Of a DNA stretch of 64,000 nucleotides, positions 48,201-57,235 are shown piece after piece. Source of the DNA: a virus. The position numbers were made by a program, and so were the translations under genes. Below the pieces are notes generated by a model that was given only the letters and a program-made list of their open reading frames with translations, was not told the DNA's origin and searched no databases. The stretch covers positions 64,060-128,059 of the IMG/VR virus record IMGVR_UViG_3300021185_002167. One strand, given 5' to 3'. How positions within the stretch are numbered: the first letter of the stretch is position 1; each line of letters begins with the position of its first letter.

Positions 48201-49511
48201 GCCACAAACAATAATATAACATTTAATCATGCTAATACATCAAGTGTTGGTAATATAAATGCAAGTGGTACAACCTTTGTTCAAGATTTAACTTTTGATA
48301 CTCATGGTCACGTAACTGCAGCTTCAACCGGTTCATTTACATTAGGTAATGGTACATTAACAGTTCAAGGTACTGGAGTACTAGGTGGTTCTGGAACATT
48401 TACAGCTAACCAATCTACAGCTGGTACAATATCAATAACACATGATAATGTAAGTAGATCTGATTCTACAAGTGCTCAATCAAGAAGTTATGGTCAGTCA
48501 TTTACTGTAATTGATAGTGTTTCAACAAGTTCACAAGGACATTTAACTGGAGTTAATACAAAAACAGTTACTTTACCAGCTTCTGATAATACAAATACTA
48601 TACCTAATAATGCTACAATAAGTATTTCAGCTGGAACATCATTGACAGGTGGTGGCTCATTTACAACTGACCAAGCAAGTAGTGCAACTATTACTGTTAA
48701 TCACGCTGATACATCAAGTCAAGGATCAGTAAATAATAGTGGTAGAACATATATTCAAGATATTGGTCTTGATACACATGGACATATTACTAGCATTACA
48801 TCAGCTACAGAAACTGTAACTAATACTAACACAGTTACTCAAATAAGAGAAGATAGTGGAGCTTATAGAACTGGTAATATTACTCTACAAAGTGGTACAA
48901 ATGTAAATATTACTGAACCATCAACTGGAACATTTAGAATTGATTCAACAGATACCAATACTAATACAACATATTCAGCTGGAACTGGTTTAGATCTTAG
49001 TGGTACAACATTTAGTGTTGAACCAGATTTAAGAGGTGAAGTTACTAGAATAGGATATAGCAGTACAACATATACTAATATGTCAGCCAGTACTTCTGTT
49101 CAGTGGGTATTTGGTAACAACGTTGAAATGCAAATAGAATCTGACGGTGATCTACATGTTGATTCAGATATTGTCGCATTTTCTACTTCTACAAACTCAG
49201 ATAAAAAATTAAAAACAAATATTGTTACTGTTGAAAATGCACTTGATAAAGTATGCCAATTAGACGGTGTTACTTTTGATTGGATTAAAGATGGTAAAGA
49301 ATCAGCTGGTGTTATTGCTCAGAATGTAGAAAAGGTATTACCTAGAGCTGTTAAAGAAGTTAAAGAACTTAATAGTGATGATACTCATAAGACAGTTGAT
49401 TATAACCAGTTATCTGCATTGTTTATTGAAGCAATTAAAGAATTAAAAGATGAAAATAAATCTCTAAGATCAGAGATTGAAGAATTAAAAAGTATAAATA
49501 AGAAGGTATAA
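45243..49511 (+). CDS. Long tail fibre-like protein with C-terminal intramolecular chaperone (peptidase S74-like)
   Basis: TLEEFRQKTN start, repeated A(I/V)NE helical units, D..GHVT repeats, C-terminal SDKKLK.NI, G.IAQ.VE.VLP and IEAIKEL coil. Confidence 0.82.
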   Translation: MAIRDEIRILKANTLEEFRQKTNELSIDKVGDNKLLSSSITDKTYEFTATAGQKHFEISGRFEVFPEQTIDRTTGVAEAFRTGAVRVKSDSTELLQGLSANEFIVPNYALKVTLTGSPTIPSEFVEDAVLTQSGGFSGVLLSADNTQLRFKSFTGTFSDSQNLGIPHTEPLKRISAVKISSNTVINASHGILIELITPASVGDSIQIIATSLVDAINELQDDIGVTENLSTDAGNTVNAINEHETDLYGTGNVIFGGLSSTGFQDAIEEVRAELGAHTSLGTTHTSTAVGAINELEAAVRGNLSNYTLNTTANDLITAVNEHETDIGDMSLTTTASDLTDAINELDALQGNNSLTTTGSTLTAAVNELDAELGTISTNAMGTSASTVSGAIAEHEAQIGNIGITTIASGNNSITGALSQLHSELGSAALNTSANTHTGAINEHEADIGNMTLTGLSATDLSAGLRELASEKLDITNTTASGQSLSGNINYTTAGGNGTFDFGPGTVLDISDGTLLVSAAGGVANFGSAFLNLDGEVAQMGLQVDRDHITPSGSMTNHDVKLQWNEALVSSTPERAWQVVGMADNGSTNTADLITFYNAKDLIANNTETGISVTWDSSNQNFDFALTADPQITLGGDLGGTATLTNLTGNTTLTATIQAGSVENSMLAGSIAASKLAGSIPNSKLVNTGISIDAETGTTHLINLGETLTVNGTSGEIETNINNNVLAIGLPSNVTIGNNLTVTGNLTVQGTQTILNTSTLEVEDTLVLAGNDLSSEPTSGGFGLEVGPITSPSGVASGVTGAHSIVYNYATDRWEADGSLILSSATLATPQIEGSDFGPGDNLTFTAGTGLSESVSGFAVTYTNTDKGSSQNIFKNITANSGGTATANSNNDTLTIFGGSSLTSVRSGDTITLNHTSTGATSVNNSGNTVIQDLTIDGNGHVTAVGSATIDTYDGWALTVGGTNRGTITENERVSFTGGTSIDVAYSATNNNITFNHANTSSVGNINASGTTFVQDLTFDTHGHVTAASTGSFTLGNGTLTVQGTGVLGGSGTFTANQSTAGTISITHDNVSRSDSTSAQSRSYGQSFTVIDSVSTSSQGHLTGVNTKTVTLPASDNTNTIPNNATISISAGTSLTGGGSFTTDQASSATITVNHADTSSQGSVNNSGRTYIQDIGLDTHGHITSITSATETVTNTNTVTQIREDSGAYRTGNITLQSGTNVNITEPSTGTFRIDSTDTNTNTTYSAGTGLDLSGTTFSVEPDLRGEVTRIGYSSTTYTNMSASTSVQWVFGNNVEMQIESDGDLHVDSDIVAFSTSTNSDKKLKTNIVTVENALDKVCQLDGVTFDWIKDGKESAGVIAQNVEKVLPRAVKEVKELNSDDTHKTVDYNQLSALFIEAIKELKDENKSLRSEIEELKSINKKV

Positions 49512-49520
49512 AGGAAAAAA

Positions 49521-49859
49521 ATGGCAGTTTATTCCAACATAGTAGTCGATCAAGGAGCAGATTATTCAGCTTCTATAGACGTTACTGATAGTGATGGTGA
49601 TAATTTAAATCTTACTGGCTACTCAGGAGCTGGACAAATAAGAAAGACATATTCATCATCAACAGCTGTAAACTTTGCAGTATCAGTTGCATCTCCAGAA
49701 ACGGCTGGAGTGCTTAATATTAGTTTGACAAATGCTCAAACAAATGCTATGAAAGCTGGACGTTATGTTTACGATGTAGAGATAACAAGTTCAGGCGGAA
49801 CAAAGACTAGAGTTTTAGAAGGACAATTAGAAATTACTCCAGGAGTAACAACAATATAA
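49521..49859 (+). CDS. Conserved small virion protein
   Basis: DQGADY, LTGY....QIRK, GRYVYDVEI and RVLEG....TPGVT; TATAAATA at 49493-49500. Confidence 0.8.
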   Translation: MAVYSNIVVDQGADYSASIDVTDSDGDNLNLTGYSGAGQIRKTYSSSTAVNFAVSVASPETAGVLNISLTNAQTNAMKAGRYVYDVEITSSGGTKTRVLEGQLEITPGVTTI

Positions 49860-49860
49860 A

Positions 49861-50076
49861 ATGGCAAATATAAAAGCTAAAATACGTAAAGATCCAAATA
49901 AGATAGTTGCGCAAACTCTTAAAGTAGGTAACGTCGCATTAACAGATTTAACTGACATTAATGCTACAGGTACTGAAGACGGAGCCGTTTTACTATACAA
50001 TGGAACAACAACAAAATGGGATGCTACAACAGACTTAGGCAACCAAAACACGAATATAATCGGAGGCACATACTAA
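49861..50076 (+). CDS. Small fibre-associated protein
   Basis: L.DL.D....DG.VL.YN....KW repeat unit; ends GGTY like the next gene. Confidence 0.7.
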   Translation: MANIKAKIRKDPNKIVAQTLKVGNVALTDLTDINATGTEDGAVLLYNGTTTKWDATTDLGNQNTNIIGGTY

Positions 50077-50077
50077 A

Positions 50078-51670
50078 ATGGCAAATTTAACTAGGATGAA
50101 AATCCTTAATACGGGTTCTACCACCACAGCTCCTAGTAATCTTAAGACAGGTGAATTAGCTTATTCATATGTTGCTGGTACACAAGCGAACAATGGTGAT
50201 AGATTATATATTGGTACAGGTACAGAAACAAACGGTATTGCTGCATCGGTTGATTTAATCGGTGGTAAGTATTTTACTGGTTTATTAGACCATGTACATG
50301 GAACAACAACAGCAAATAGCGCTTTAATCGTTGATGGTAATAAACACCTTGATGAATTAAATATAGGTACTTTAGCTCTTGAAGCAACAGGTGGTAGTGG
50401 TCAAACAGTAACAAGTATTTCTACATCAACAACTTTATCAGGAGCTTCTGATAGTCAATTAGTTACAGCATTAGCTGTTAAGACTTATATTGATACTGAA
50501 GTTACTGCTCAAGATTTAGACTTCCAAGGCGATAATGGTGGTGCGTTATCTATAGACTTAGATTCAGAATCGCTTACTATTTCAGGTGACACTGGTATTA
50601 CAACAACAGGTTCAGGTAATACAATTGAGATTGACCTAGATGATACTTCTGTTACTCCAGGCTCATATGGTTCACAAACACAAATACCAACATTTACAGT
50701 TGACCAACAAGGTAGATTAACAGCTGCTGCTACAGTTGCAGTTGCTACTGCTCTTACAGTTGATGGTGATTCTGGTACAGGTGATGTTGATTTATTAACA
50801 GATGATTTACAAATTACTGGTACAGCAAATGAAATCGTAACAGCATCTTCAAAAAGTGGTACTGATGTAACACTTCAAATTGGTTTACCAGATGATGTTA
50901 CAATAGGTAATGACTTAACAGTAACAACAGATTTAGATGTAGGTTCAAGTAAATTTACAGTTGCAGGTGCTACAGGTAATACTTTAATTGATGGTACTTT
51001 AAATGTTAATGGTAATGTTAACTTAGGTAACGCTTCATCTGATACAGTTGTTATTGCTGGTAACTTAACAGTTCAAGGTACAACAACTACAGTAGAATCA
51101 ACAACAGTTACTATTGATGACCCAGTAATTGCATTAGCAGATAATACTACTTCAAATACATCAGACGGTCTTGATCGTGGTGTAAGATTTAAGTGGGGAA
51201 CAGGTTCAGCAGTTGCAACAGGTTTCTTCGGTTTCGATATTCAAACAGAAAGATTTGTATTTACTAAAGATGAAACAGTATCATCAGATGATTTCTCTAC
51301 TCCTTGGAGTGATGCAGAATTCGGTGATGTATATGCAACAGGTGCAGACATTGGTAATATTAAAATTGGTCTTACTGGCGATAACGAAATTGATACAGTA
51401 TCAGGCAATTTAACAATTGATTCAGCAGGCGGAACAGTTACTGTTGATGATAATTTAGATGTTACAGGAACAGTCACATTAACAAATGACCTTGCAGTTG
51501 CTCACGGTGGTACTGGTGTATCATCATTTACTGATAATGGTGTTTTATATGGTGACGGAAGTAACGCATTAGATGTTACAGCAGCTTCAAGTGCCGATGG
51601 TTCTTTATTACAAGCTGATAGTGGTGGAGTTCCTGCATTTTCTAATATCATAGATGGCGGAACCTACTAA
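50078..51670 (+). CDS. Tail fibre-like structural protein
   Basis: P..L..GELAY N-terminus, GSYG....IP.FTVD..GRLT, GNLTVQGTTTTV and terminal IDGGTY. Confidence 0.8.
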   Translation: MANLTRMKILNTGSTTTAPSNLKTGELAYSYVAGTQANNGDRLYIGTGTETNGIAASVDLIGGKYFTGLLDHVHGTTTANSALIVDGNKHLDELNIGTLALEATGGSGQTVTSISTSTTLSGASDSQLVTALAVKTYIDTEVTAQDLDFQGDNGGALSIDLDSESLTISGDTGITTTGSGNTIEIDLDDTSVTPGSYGSQTQIPTFTVDQQGRLTAAATVAVATALTVDGDSGTGDVDLLTDDLQITGTANEIVTASSKSGTDVTLQIGLPDDVTIGNDLTVTTDLDVGSSKFTVAGATGNTLIDGTLNVNGNVNLGNASSDTVVIAGNLTVQGTTTTVESTTVTIDDPVIALADNTTSNTSDGLDRGVRFKWGTGSAVATGFFGFDIQTERFVFTKDETVSSDDFSTPWSDAEFGDVYATGADIGNIKIGLTGDNEIDTVSGNLTIDSAGGTVTVDDNLDVTGTVTLTNDLAVAHGGTGVSSFTDNGVLYGDGSNALDVTAASSADGSLLQADSGGVPAFSNIIDGGTY

Positions 51671-51762
51671 TATAAATAATACTATATAATTCCTGTATAT
51701 ACAGGGTGAACATTTTAAATTAACTCTATATAGAGTTTGACATAGGAGAAGCCAAAATTGGC
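51671..51762 (+). promoter_or_regulatory. Late promoter with structured leader (two perfect palindromes and a start-codon hairpin)
   Basis: TATAAATA 51671-51678; CCTGTATATACAGG 51692-51705; AACTCTATATAGAGTT 51722-51737; GCCA-AAAT-TGGC over the TTG start. Confidence 0.65.
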
Positions 51763-54595
51763 CCGTAATACAGACATTAGACTTAGGCGTTCAGCAACCG
51801 CAGGCGCAATTCCAACTACAAGTGCATTAAACCTAGGTGAGTTAGCAATTAACACCTATGATGGTAAGTTATACCTTAAGAAAAGTGTAAGTGGCACAGA
51901 ATCAATTGTAGAGATTGGAGCATCAGGAGGCGGAGGTGCTCAACAGCAAACTGCAGTTTATAAAGAATATGTTTATACGGCCACAAATAACCAAACAAGT
52001 TTTTCAGGTTCTGATGATAACTCACAGACCCTTTCCTATGTTCCAACATTTTTACAAGTCTTTTTAAATGGTGTTCTATTAGAGAATGGAACAGATTATA
52101 CTGCAACAACAAGTACATCAGTAGTCCTAGTCAATGGAGCAAATGCTGGTGATGTTTTACAAGTATCAACATTCGTTAAAGTACTTGGTACTGGCGATAT
52201 GGTTACCAATACTTTTACAGGTAGTGGTTCAACTGCAGCATATACACTTTCAACAAATCCTGATACAGAAGAAAATACTATAGTATTTGTTGATGGTGTT
52301 TATCAGGAAAAAGATACATATACAGTTTCAGGTACAACATTAACCTTTGATGCAAATGTTCCTAATGGTGCTTCAATAGAAGTCATTATTGGTAGTCGAA
52401 ATGTTACTACATTAGATGCTGCAGATTTAGATATATCAGGTGATTTAACAGTTGCTGGTGAAGCAATTATCACTGGAGATATACAAGGTGATTTACGAGG
52501 TGCAACATTATTTAAAGGACAAGCTGGTGAAGCTTTATCAAAAGGTGAGGTTGTTTATATATCAGGCATCTCTGGAAATACGACAGTTGTTTCCAAAGCA
52601 GATGCAAATGATGCAGCTAAAATGCCAGCCTTTGGTATTGTTTCTGCTGATGCAAGTTTAAATGCCTCAGTTTCAATATACACATTTGGTAGATTAGGTG
52701 GATTAGATACATCAAGTTTTTCAGAAGGTGATGAATTATTTGTTTCCACTACAGCTGGTGCATTAACAGATACTGCACCAACAGGTGAATCATCAAAATT
52801 ACAAAAAATAGCAAAGGTCACAAGGTCAGATAATTCAGCGGGTTCCATATTTATTATGGGTGCTGGAAGAAGTAATGCTGTTCCTAATTTAGATGATGGT
52901 GATATTTTTATTGGTAATGGAAGTAACCAGGCAGTTAGTTCAAGTTTAAATACATTAATTGATTCAAGACTTTCATCTGGTAATGTTGCAACAATTGAAA
53001 CATCTGGTAATGTTACTGTTGGTGGTAACTTAACTGTTTCAGGTAGTACAACAACTTTAAATACAGCAACACTTGATGTAGAAGATATTAATATTACAGT
53101 AAATGCCGGTTCAGGAGATACTTCTGGTACTGCAGATGGCGCTGGTCTTACAATACAAGATGCTGTTAATGGCACAACCGATGCAACAATTTTATGGGAC
53201 CAAACAAATTCAGAGTTTGATTTCTCACATGGTATTAATATAACTGGTGGTTTAACAACATCAGCTGCATCTGATTTAAATTCAGATATTAATATATCAG
53301 GTACACTTTCACTTGATGGTACAGCAAATGAATTAAGATTTTACGAAGGTTCTAATTATGTAGGCTTTGAAGCTCCTGCTTTATCTGCTGACCAAATTTG
53401 GGTATTACCAAATTCAGATGGAACAGCCGGATACGCGCTTAAAACTGACGGTTCAGGAAATTTAAGTTGGGGATTAGCTGGTGGTAATGCATTTGAAACA
53501 ATTGCAGTTTCAGGTCAAAGTAATATTGTTGCAGCAAGTTCAACAGATACATTAACAATTTCTGCTGGTGCAGGAATTACACTTACAACAAATGCTGGAA
53601 CAGATACACTTACAATTACTAATAGTCAACTTGGCGCTAACGCATTTGGTAACATTGCAGTAAGTGGACAAACAACAGTTGCTGCAGATAGTACAAATGA
53701 TACATTAACATTGGTTGGACAAAATGGTGTATCAATTACAACTGATGCATCTTCAGATACAGTAACAATTGATGGGAGAACATCTTATTCTCCATTCACA
53801 ACTGATTTATTTACTGGTAATAATTCAGATGTTAATTTTGTTTTAAGCACAACACCGAGTTCAGAAGATAACTTAATCGTATTTTTAGAAGGTGTATATC
53901 AGAATAAAAATTCTTATTCATTAAGTGGAGCAACAATTACAATGTCTGGAGCACCAGGCACTGGAGAAGAACTTGTTGTTCATCAAGTAGGTGATATCAT
54001 ATCAGGTCAAGCTCTTGTAAGAAATAACTTTACTGGTGTTTTAAATCAAACTGACTTTACATTAACACTTGCTCCAATGAATGCAAATAATACATTTGTT
54101 TATATGGATGGAGTTTATCAGGAAAAATCAGAATATACAGTAAGTGGTACAACATTATCATTTACAACTGCTCCTACTGCTGGTGATTCAATAGAAGTTA
54201 TCATACCAAAAACAACTGAATTACAGCAACCAGCTACTGCATCTATTGATGATATTGCAATGTTTGATGATACTGCAATTATTGGTAATACATTAACATC
54301 AACAACTGTAGCATCTACAAGCGCAACAACAATTGCAACACATGCTGCTGCAACATATAGAACAGTTAAATATTTAGTACAATGTACACAAGGAACAGAT
54401 TACCATTCAACAGAGATTAATTTAATCCATGATGGTACAACTGTTTATATTACAGAATATGGAACATTATTTGATAATGCTTCACTTGGTACATTCAATG
54501 CAACAATTTCAGGTGGTAATATATTACTACAAATCACACCAGGAAGCGCAACAAGTATGCCAGTAAAGGTTATCTCAACGGCTGTTCCGGTATAA
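51758..54595 (+). CDS. Tail fibre / baseplate-associated structural protein (TTG start)
   Basis: I.LRRS...G..P....L..GELA.N..DGKL; repeated V..DGVYQ....Y..SG.TL.F domains; AGGAG RBS. Confidence 0.8.
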   Translation: MARNTDIRLRRSATAGAIPTTSALNLGELAINTYDGKLYLKKSVSGTESIVEIGASGGGGAQQQTAVYKEYVYTATNNQTSFSGSDDNSQTLSYVPTFLQVFLNGVLLENGTDYTATTSTSVVLVNGANAGDVLQVSTFVKVLGTGDMVTNTFTGSGSTAAYTLSTNPDTEENTIVFVDGVYQEKDTYTVSGTTLTFDANVPNGASIEVIIGSRNVTTLDAADLDISGDLTVAGEAIITGDIQGDLRGATLFKGQAGEALSKGEVVYISGISGNTTVVSKADANDAAKMPAFGIVSADASLNASVSIYTFGRLGGLDTSSFSEGDELFVSTTAGALTDTAPTGESSKLQKIAKVTRSDNSAGSIFIMGAGRSNAVPNLDDGDIFIGNGSNQAVSSSLNTLIDSRLSSGNVATIETSGNVTVGGNLTVSGSTTTLNTATLDVEDINITVNAGSGDTSGTADGAGLTIQDAVNGTTDATILWDQTNSEFDFSHGINITGGLTTSAASDLNSDINISGTLSLDGTANELRFYEGSNYVGFEAPALSADQIWVLPNSDGTAGYALKTDGSGNLSWGLAGGNAFETIAVSGQSNIVAASSTDTLTISAGAGITLTTNAGTDTLTITNSQLGANAFGNIAVSGQTTVAADSTNDTLTLVGQNGVSITTDASSDTVTIDGRTSYSPFTTDLFTGNNSDVNFVLSTTPSSEDNLIVFLEGVYQNKNSYSLSGATITMSGAPGTGEELVVHQVGDIISGQALVRNNFTGVLNQTDFTLTLAPMNANNTFVYMDGVYQEKSEYTVSGTTLSFTTAPTAGDSIEVIIPKTTELQQPATASIDDIAMFDDTAIIGNTLTSTTVASTSATTIATHAAATYRTVKYLVQCTQGTDYHSTEINLIHDGTTVYITEYGTLFDNASLGTFNATISGGNILLQITPGSATSMPVKVISTAVPV

Positions 54596-54634
54596 ATAGA
54601 ATTATAATATAAACCTTGGAGAGTGAAAAGGTAA

Positions 54635-56953
54635 ATGGCAAATAAAAATTTCATAGTTAAAAATGGTATCACTGTAGGTGGTACTGAAGTAGTCAGTTCA
54701 TCAGGCGTAGTTACATCTGCGGCACTTGGTGGACAAACACTCGCATCTGGAGATTCTCCAACATTTAATGATTTATCTCTTACAGGTGATTTAAATTTAA
54801 CTGGTGATTTAAATATTACTGGTGATGTGAACTCTCTTTCAGTTACAGATTTAGATGTCACAGACCAAACAATTACATTAGGTGCAGGTCAAGTTGAATC
54901 AGCATCTGGTGGTTCAGGTATTATTGTAGACGGTTCAAATGCAAGTCTCTTATGGAATGAAACAACTGATGTATTTGATATTAATAAAGGTATATCTATT
55001 ACAGGTAGTACTTTAGTTTCTGACGATCAAACAAACGATTGGGTTAAACAAAGTGTAAGTGGTACAACTTCTACTTTAACATTTGGTAATACCGAATCAA
55101 CAAGTGGACAGGCTAAGTGGGAATACACTAGGTCGAATGGAAAATTTAAAGGTTATATAGGAGCTAATGCAGTAAATAACTTTATGACTATTGATTCTTC
55201 AGGGGAGGTTGGAATCGGAACTGATAATCCAGCCGAAAAACTTCATGTGTCTGGAGGCGCTGTTAGAATAGATACAGATACTAACTCAACGCTCACAATT
55301 GGTGATGGCGGTAGTGATGCAATAACTCTATATGGAGGCACAGGAGATGAACTATATATTGGAGCCAACAACGCATATAAATTAAGATTTAAAACTGACG
55401 GCGATATTGTTATGGATAATGGCGGAAATTTAGGAATTGGAACGAGTAGTCCAAATGCTGCTGAGTTTAGTGCAACTCCTAATGGAGTTTTAGAAGTACA
55501 AGGAACTAAACCTGTTGTTTATTTAAGTGAAACAGATACTACAGATGCTCATGCTTGGTTAGGTGTTAGTAATGGAGTAACATATTTAGGTTCTACAGGA
55601 AGTGGATTACAAATTAGAACTGGAACTGATAGTGCTTCAACTAAAGTTACTGTTGATACATCAGGTAATGTTGGAATTGGAACGACATCGCCTCAATCAG
55701 GATTACATATTGCTGAAGGTGGTTCAGGTTCTGATGGTGGTTCAGTTCTTACTTTATCACAAACAGGTTTTGGCTCTATTGTTAATAATGATGATTTAGG
55801 TAGTGTGCATTTTGGTGGCGTAACAAGTGGTGGAGTTGGTATTCATAACGCTGCAAAAATTATGGTTGAAGGTGATGCTACTTGGGCAAGTAATGATTAT
55901 CCAACTAGAATGTCATTTTTTACTACAGCAGATGGTGCTTCATCTGCAACAGAAGCCATGCGTATTGATTCTTCAGGCAAAGTTGGAATTGGTGTAACAC
56001 CAAAAACAGATTGGGACACTGGATATAATGCAATTCAAATAGGAGAGTCATCTGCATTCTTTGCTAATGGTTCAGCTGATGAAGTATTTATGTCTCAAAA
56101 CGCTAGGTGGACTTCTGGTGGTTGGAAATATAATTCATCAGGAACTGCTACATTATTTGATATGCAGTCAGGAACTACGAGGTGGAGAAGAGCAACAAGT
56201 GGCAGTAATGATGGAACTATTTCGTGGGCAGAGTCAATGCGTATCACTTCTACAGGCAAAGTTGGAATTGGAACTGATAATCCTACTGCGATTTTAGATG
56301 TATCAGCTGCTATAGGCTCAGATATAGCGCAGACTTCTACACATACTTATAGCTCTAACAGAAACTGGGCAATGAGAACTAATAATTATGGTTCTTCAAA
56401 CTGGGGCGGTTGGTCATTAGAGCGAAGTGCAGCAGCTGGTGGTGTACCTAATAAAGCTTATATAGGTATTCATGCAAATGGTAATGTAGGAATTGGTTAC
56501 GGAGGATCTGCTGGAAGTGGAGGCTGGGATGGTTATAATGATAACCCCACTGCAAGATTACATGTAGGTGGAGATATTAAGTCAACTCTTCAAGTAAAAC
56601 AAGGCAATTCAGACGGAACTCCAAGATATATTAATATTCCTTATTCATCAGCTGGGAGTGGGTTTGCTTTTAATTTTGAAGATTTAGCTACACACCCAGG
56701 AGTTAGTGACCAAGCATCAGAAACAAATTCTTTCATGTTTGAAGTAAATGTAACTAGCTATCTTTTCAAGTATGTAAAAGCTTTAATAATAATAGATACA
56801 AATTCTACTAACTCGCTCTCAGTTGTAACTTTACATAATAGTGGATTAACTTGCTCTGCAACTATACCAAGTGGAAGTGAAGTAATTACAGTAACAATTG
56901 GTGGGTTGTGGGGCAATGCAACTAACTACATGGGAAGAATAACTACATTTTAG
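54635..56953 (+). CDS. Tail fibre protein with G.VGIGT repeats
   Basis: KNF.VKNG start; multiple MRIDSSG.VGIG units; TATAAATA at 54591-54598. Confidence 0.82.
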   Translation: MANKNFIVKNGITVGGTEVVSSSGVVTSAALGGQTLASGDSPTFNDLSLTGDLNLTGDLNITGDVNSLSVTDLDVTDQTITLGAGQVESASGGSGIIVDGSNASLLWNETTDVFDINKGISITGSTLVSDDQTNDWVKQSVSGTTSTLTFGNTESTSGQAKWEYTRSNGKFKGYIGANAVNNFMTIDSSGEVGIGTDNPAEKLHVSGGAVRIDTDTNSTLTIGDGGSDAITLYGGTGDELYIGANNAYKLRFKTDGDIVMDNGGNLGIGTSSPNAAEFSATPNGVLEVQGTKPVVYLSETDTTDAHAWLGVSNGVTYLGSTGSGLQIRTGTDSASTKVTVDTSGNVGIGTTSPQSGLHIAEGGSGSDGGSVLTLSQTGFGSIVNNDDLGSVHFGGVTSGGVGIHNAAKIMVEGDATWASNDYPTRMSFFTTADGASSATEAMRIDSSGKVGIGVTPKTDWDTGYNAIQIGESSAFFANGSADEVFMSQNARWTSGGWKYNSSGTATLFDMQSGTTRWRRATSGSNDGTISWAESMRITSTGKVGIGTDNPTAILDVSAAIGSDIAQTSTHTYSSNRNWAMRTNNYGSSNWGGWSLERSAAAGGVPNKAYIGIHANGNVGIGYGGSAGSGGWDGYNDNPTARLHVGGDIKSTLQVKQGNSDGTPRYINIPYSSAGSGFAFNFEDLATHPGVSDQASETNSFMFEVNVTSYLFKYVKALIIIDTNSTNSLSVVTLHNSGLTCSATIPSGSEVITVTIGGLWGNATNYMGRITTF

Positions 56954-56961
56954 GAAAAAAT

Positions 56962-57219
56962 ATGATTTCAGATATATTAATAATGACAAGCTACCAATAT
57001 CCTCAGGATGCACCAGTAGAAGAATTAACAAGAAGATTAAGAGAAATTAGAGATGCTGAATTAAAGGCTACTGATTTTTGGGGTTTATCAGATCGTACAA
57101 TGACTGAAGCACAAAGAACATATAGACAAGAATTAAGAGACTGTATATCTACAATAACGCCTGAAATTGATTCAGATGGCTTTTTAGTAATGACAGAATT
57201 TCCAACTTATAGCGAATAG
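56962..57219 (+). CDS. Tail fibre assembly chaperone-like protein
   Basis: LR..RD..L..TDFW...D..MT.....YRQ.LRD and FP motif. Confidence 0.75.
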   Translation: MISDILIMTSYQYPQDAPVEELTRRLREIRDAELKATDFWGLSDRTMTEAQRTYRQELRDCISTITPEIDSDGFLVMTEFPTYSE

Positions 57220-57235
57220 GATATAAATAAGTAAT

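Noticed and set aside
52555-53175. 206-aa minus-strand ORF and similar antisense ORFs in fibre, baseplate and tape-measure genes
   Set aside because: Antisense shadows caused by codon bias of Gly/Thr/Ser-rich sense genes; no RBS or motifs
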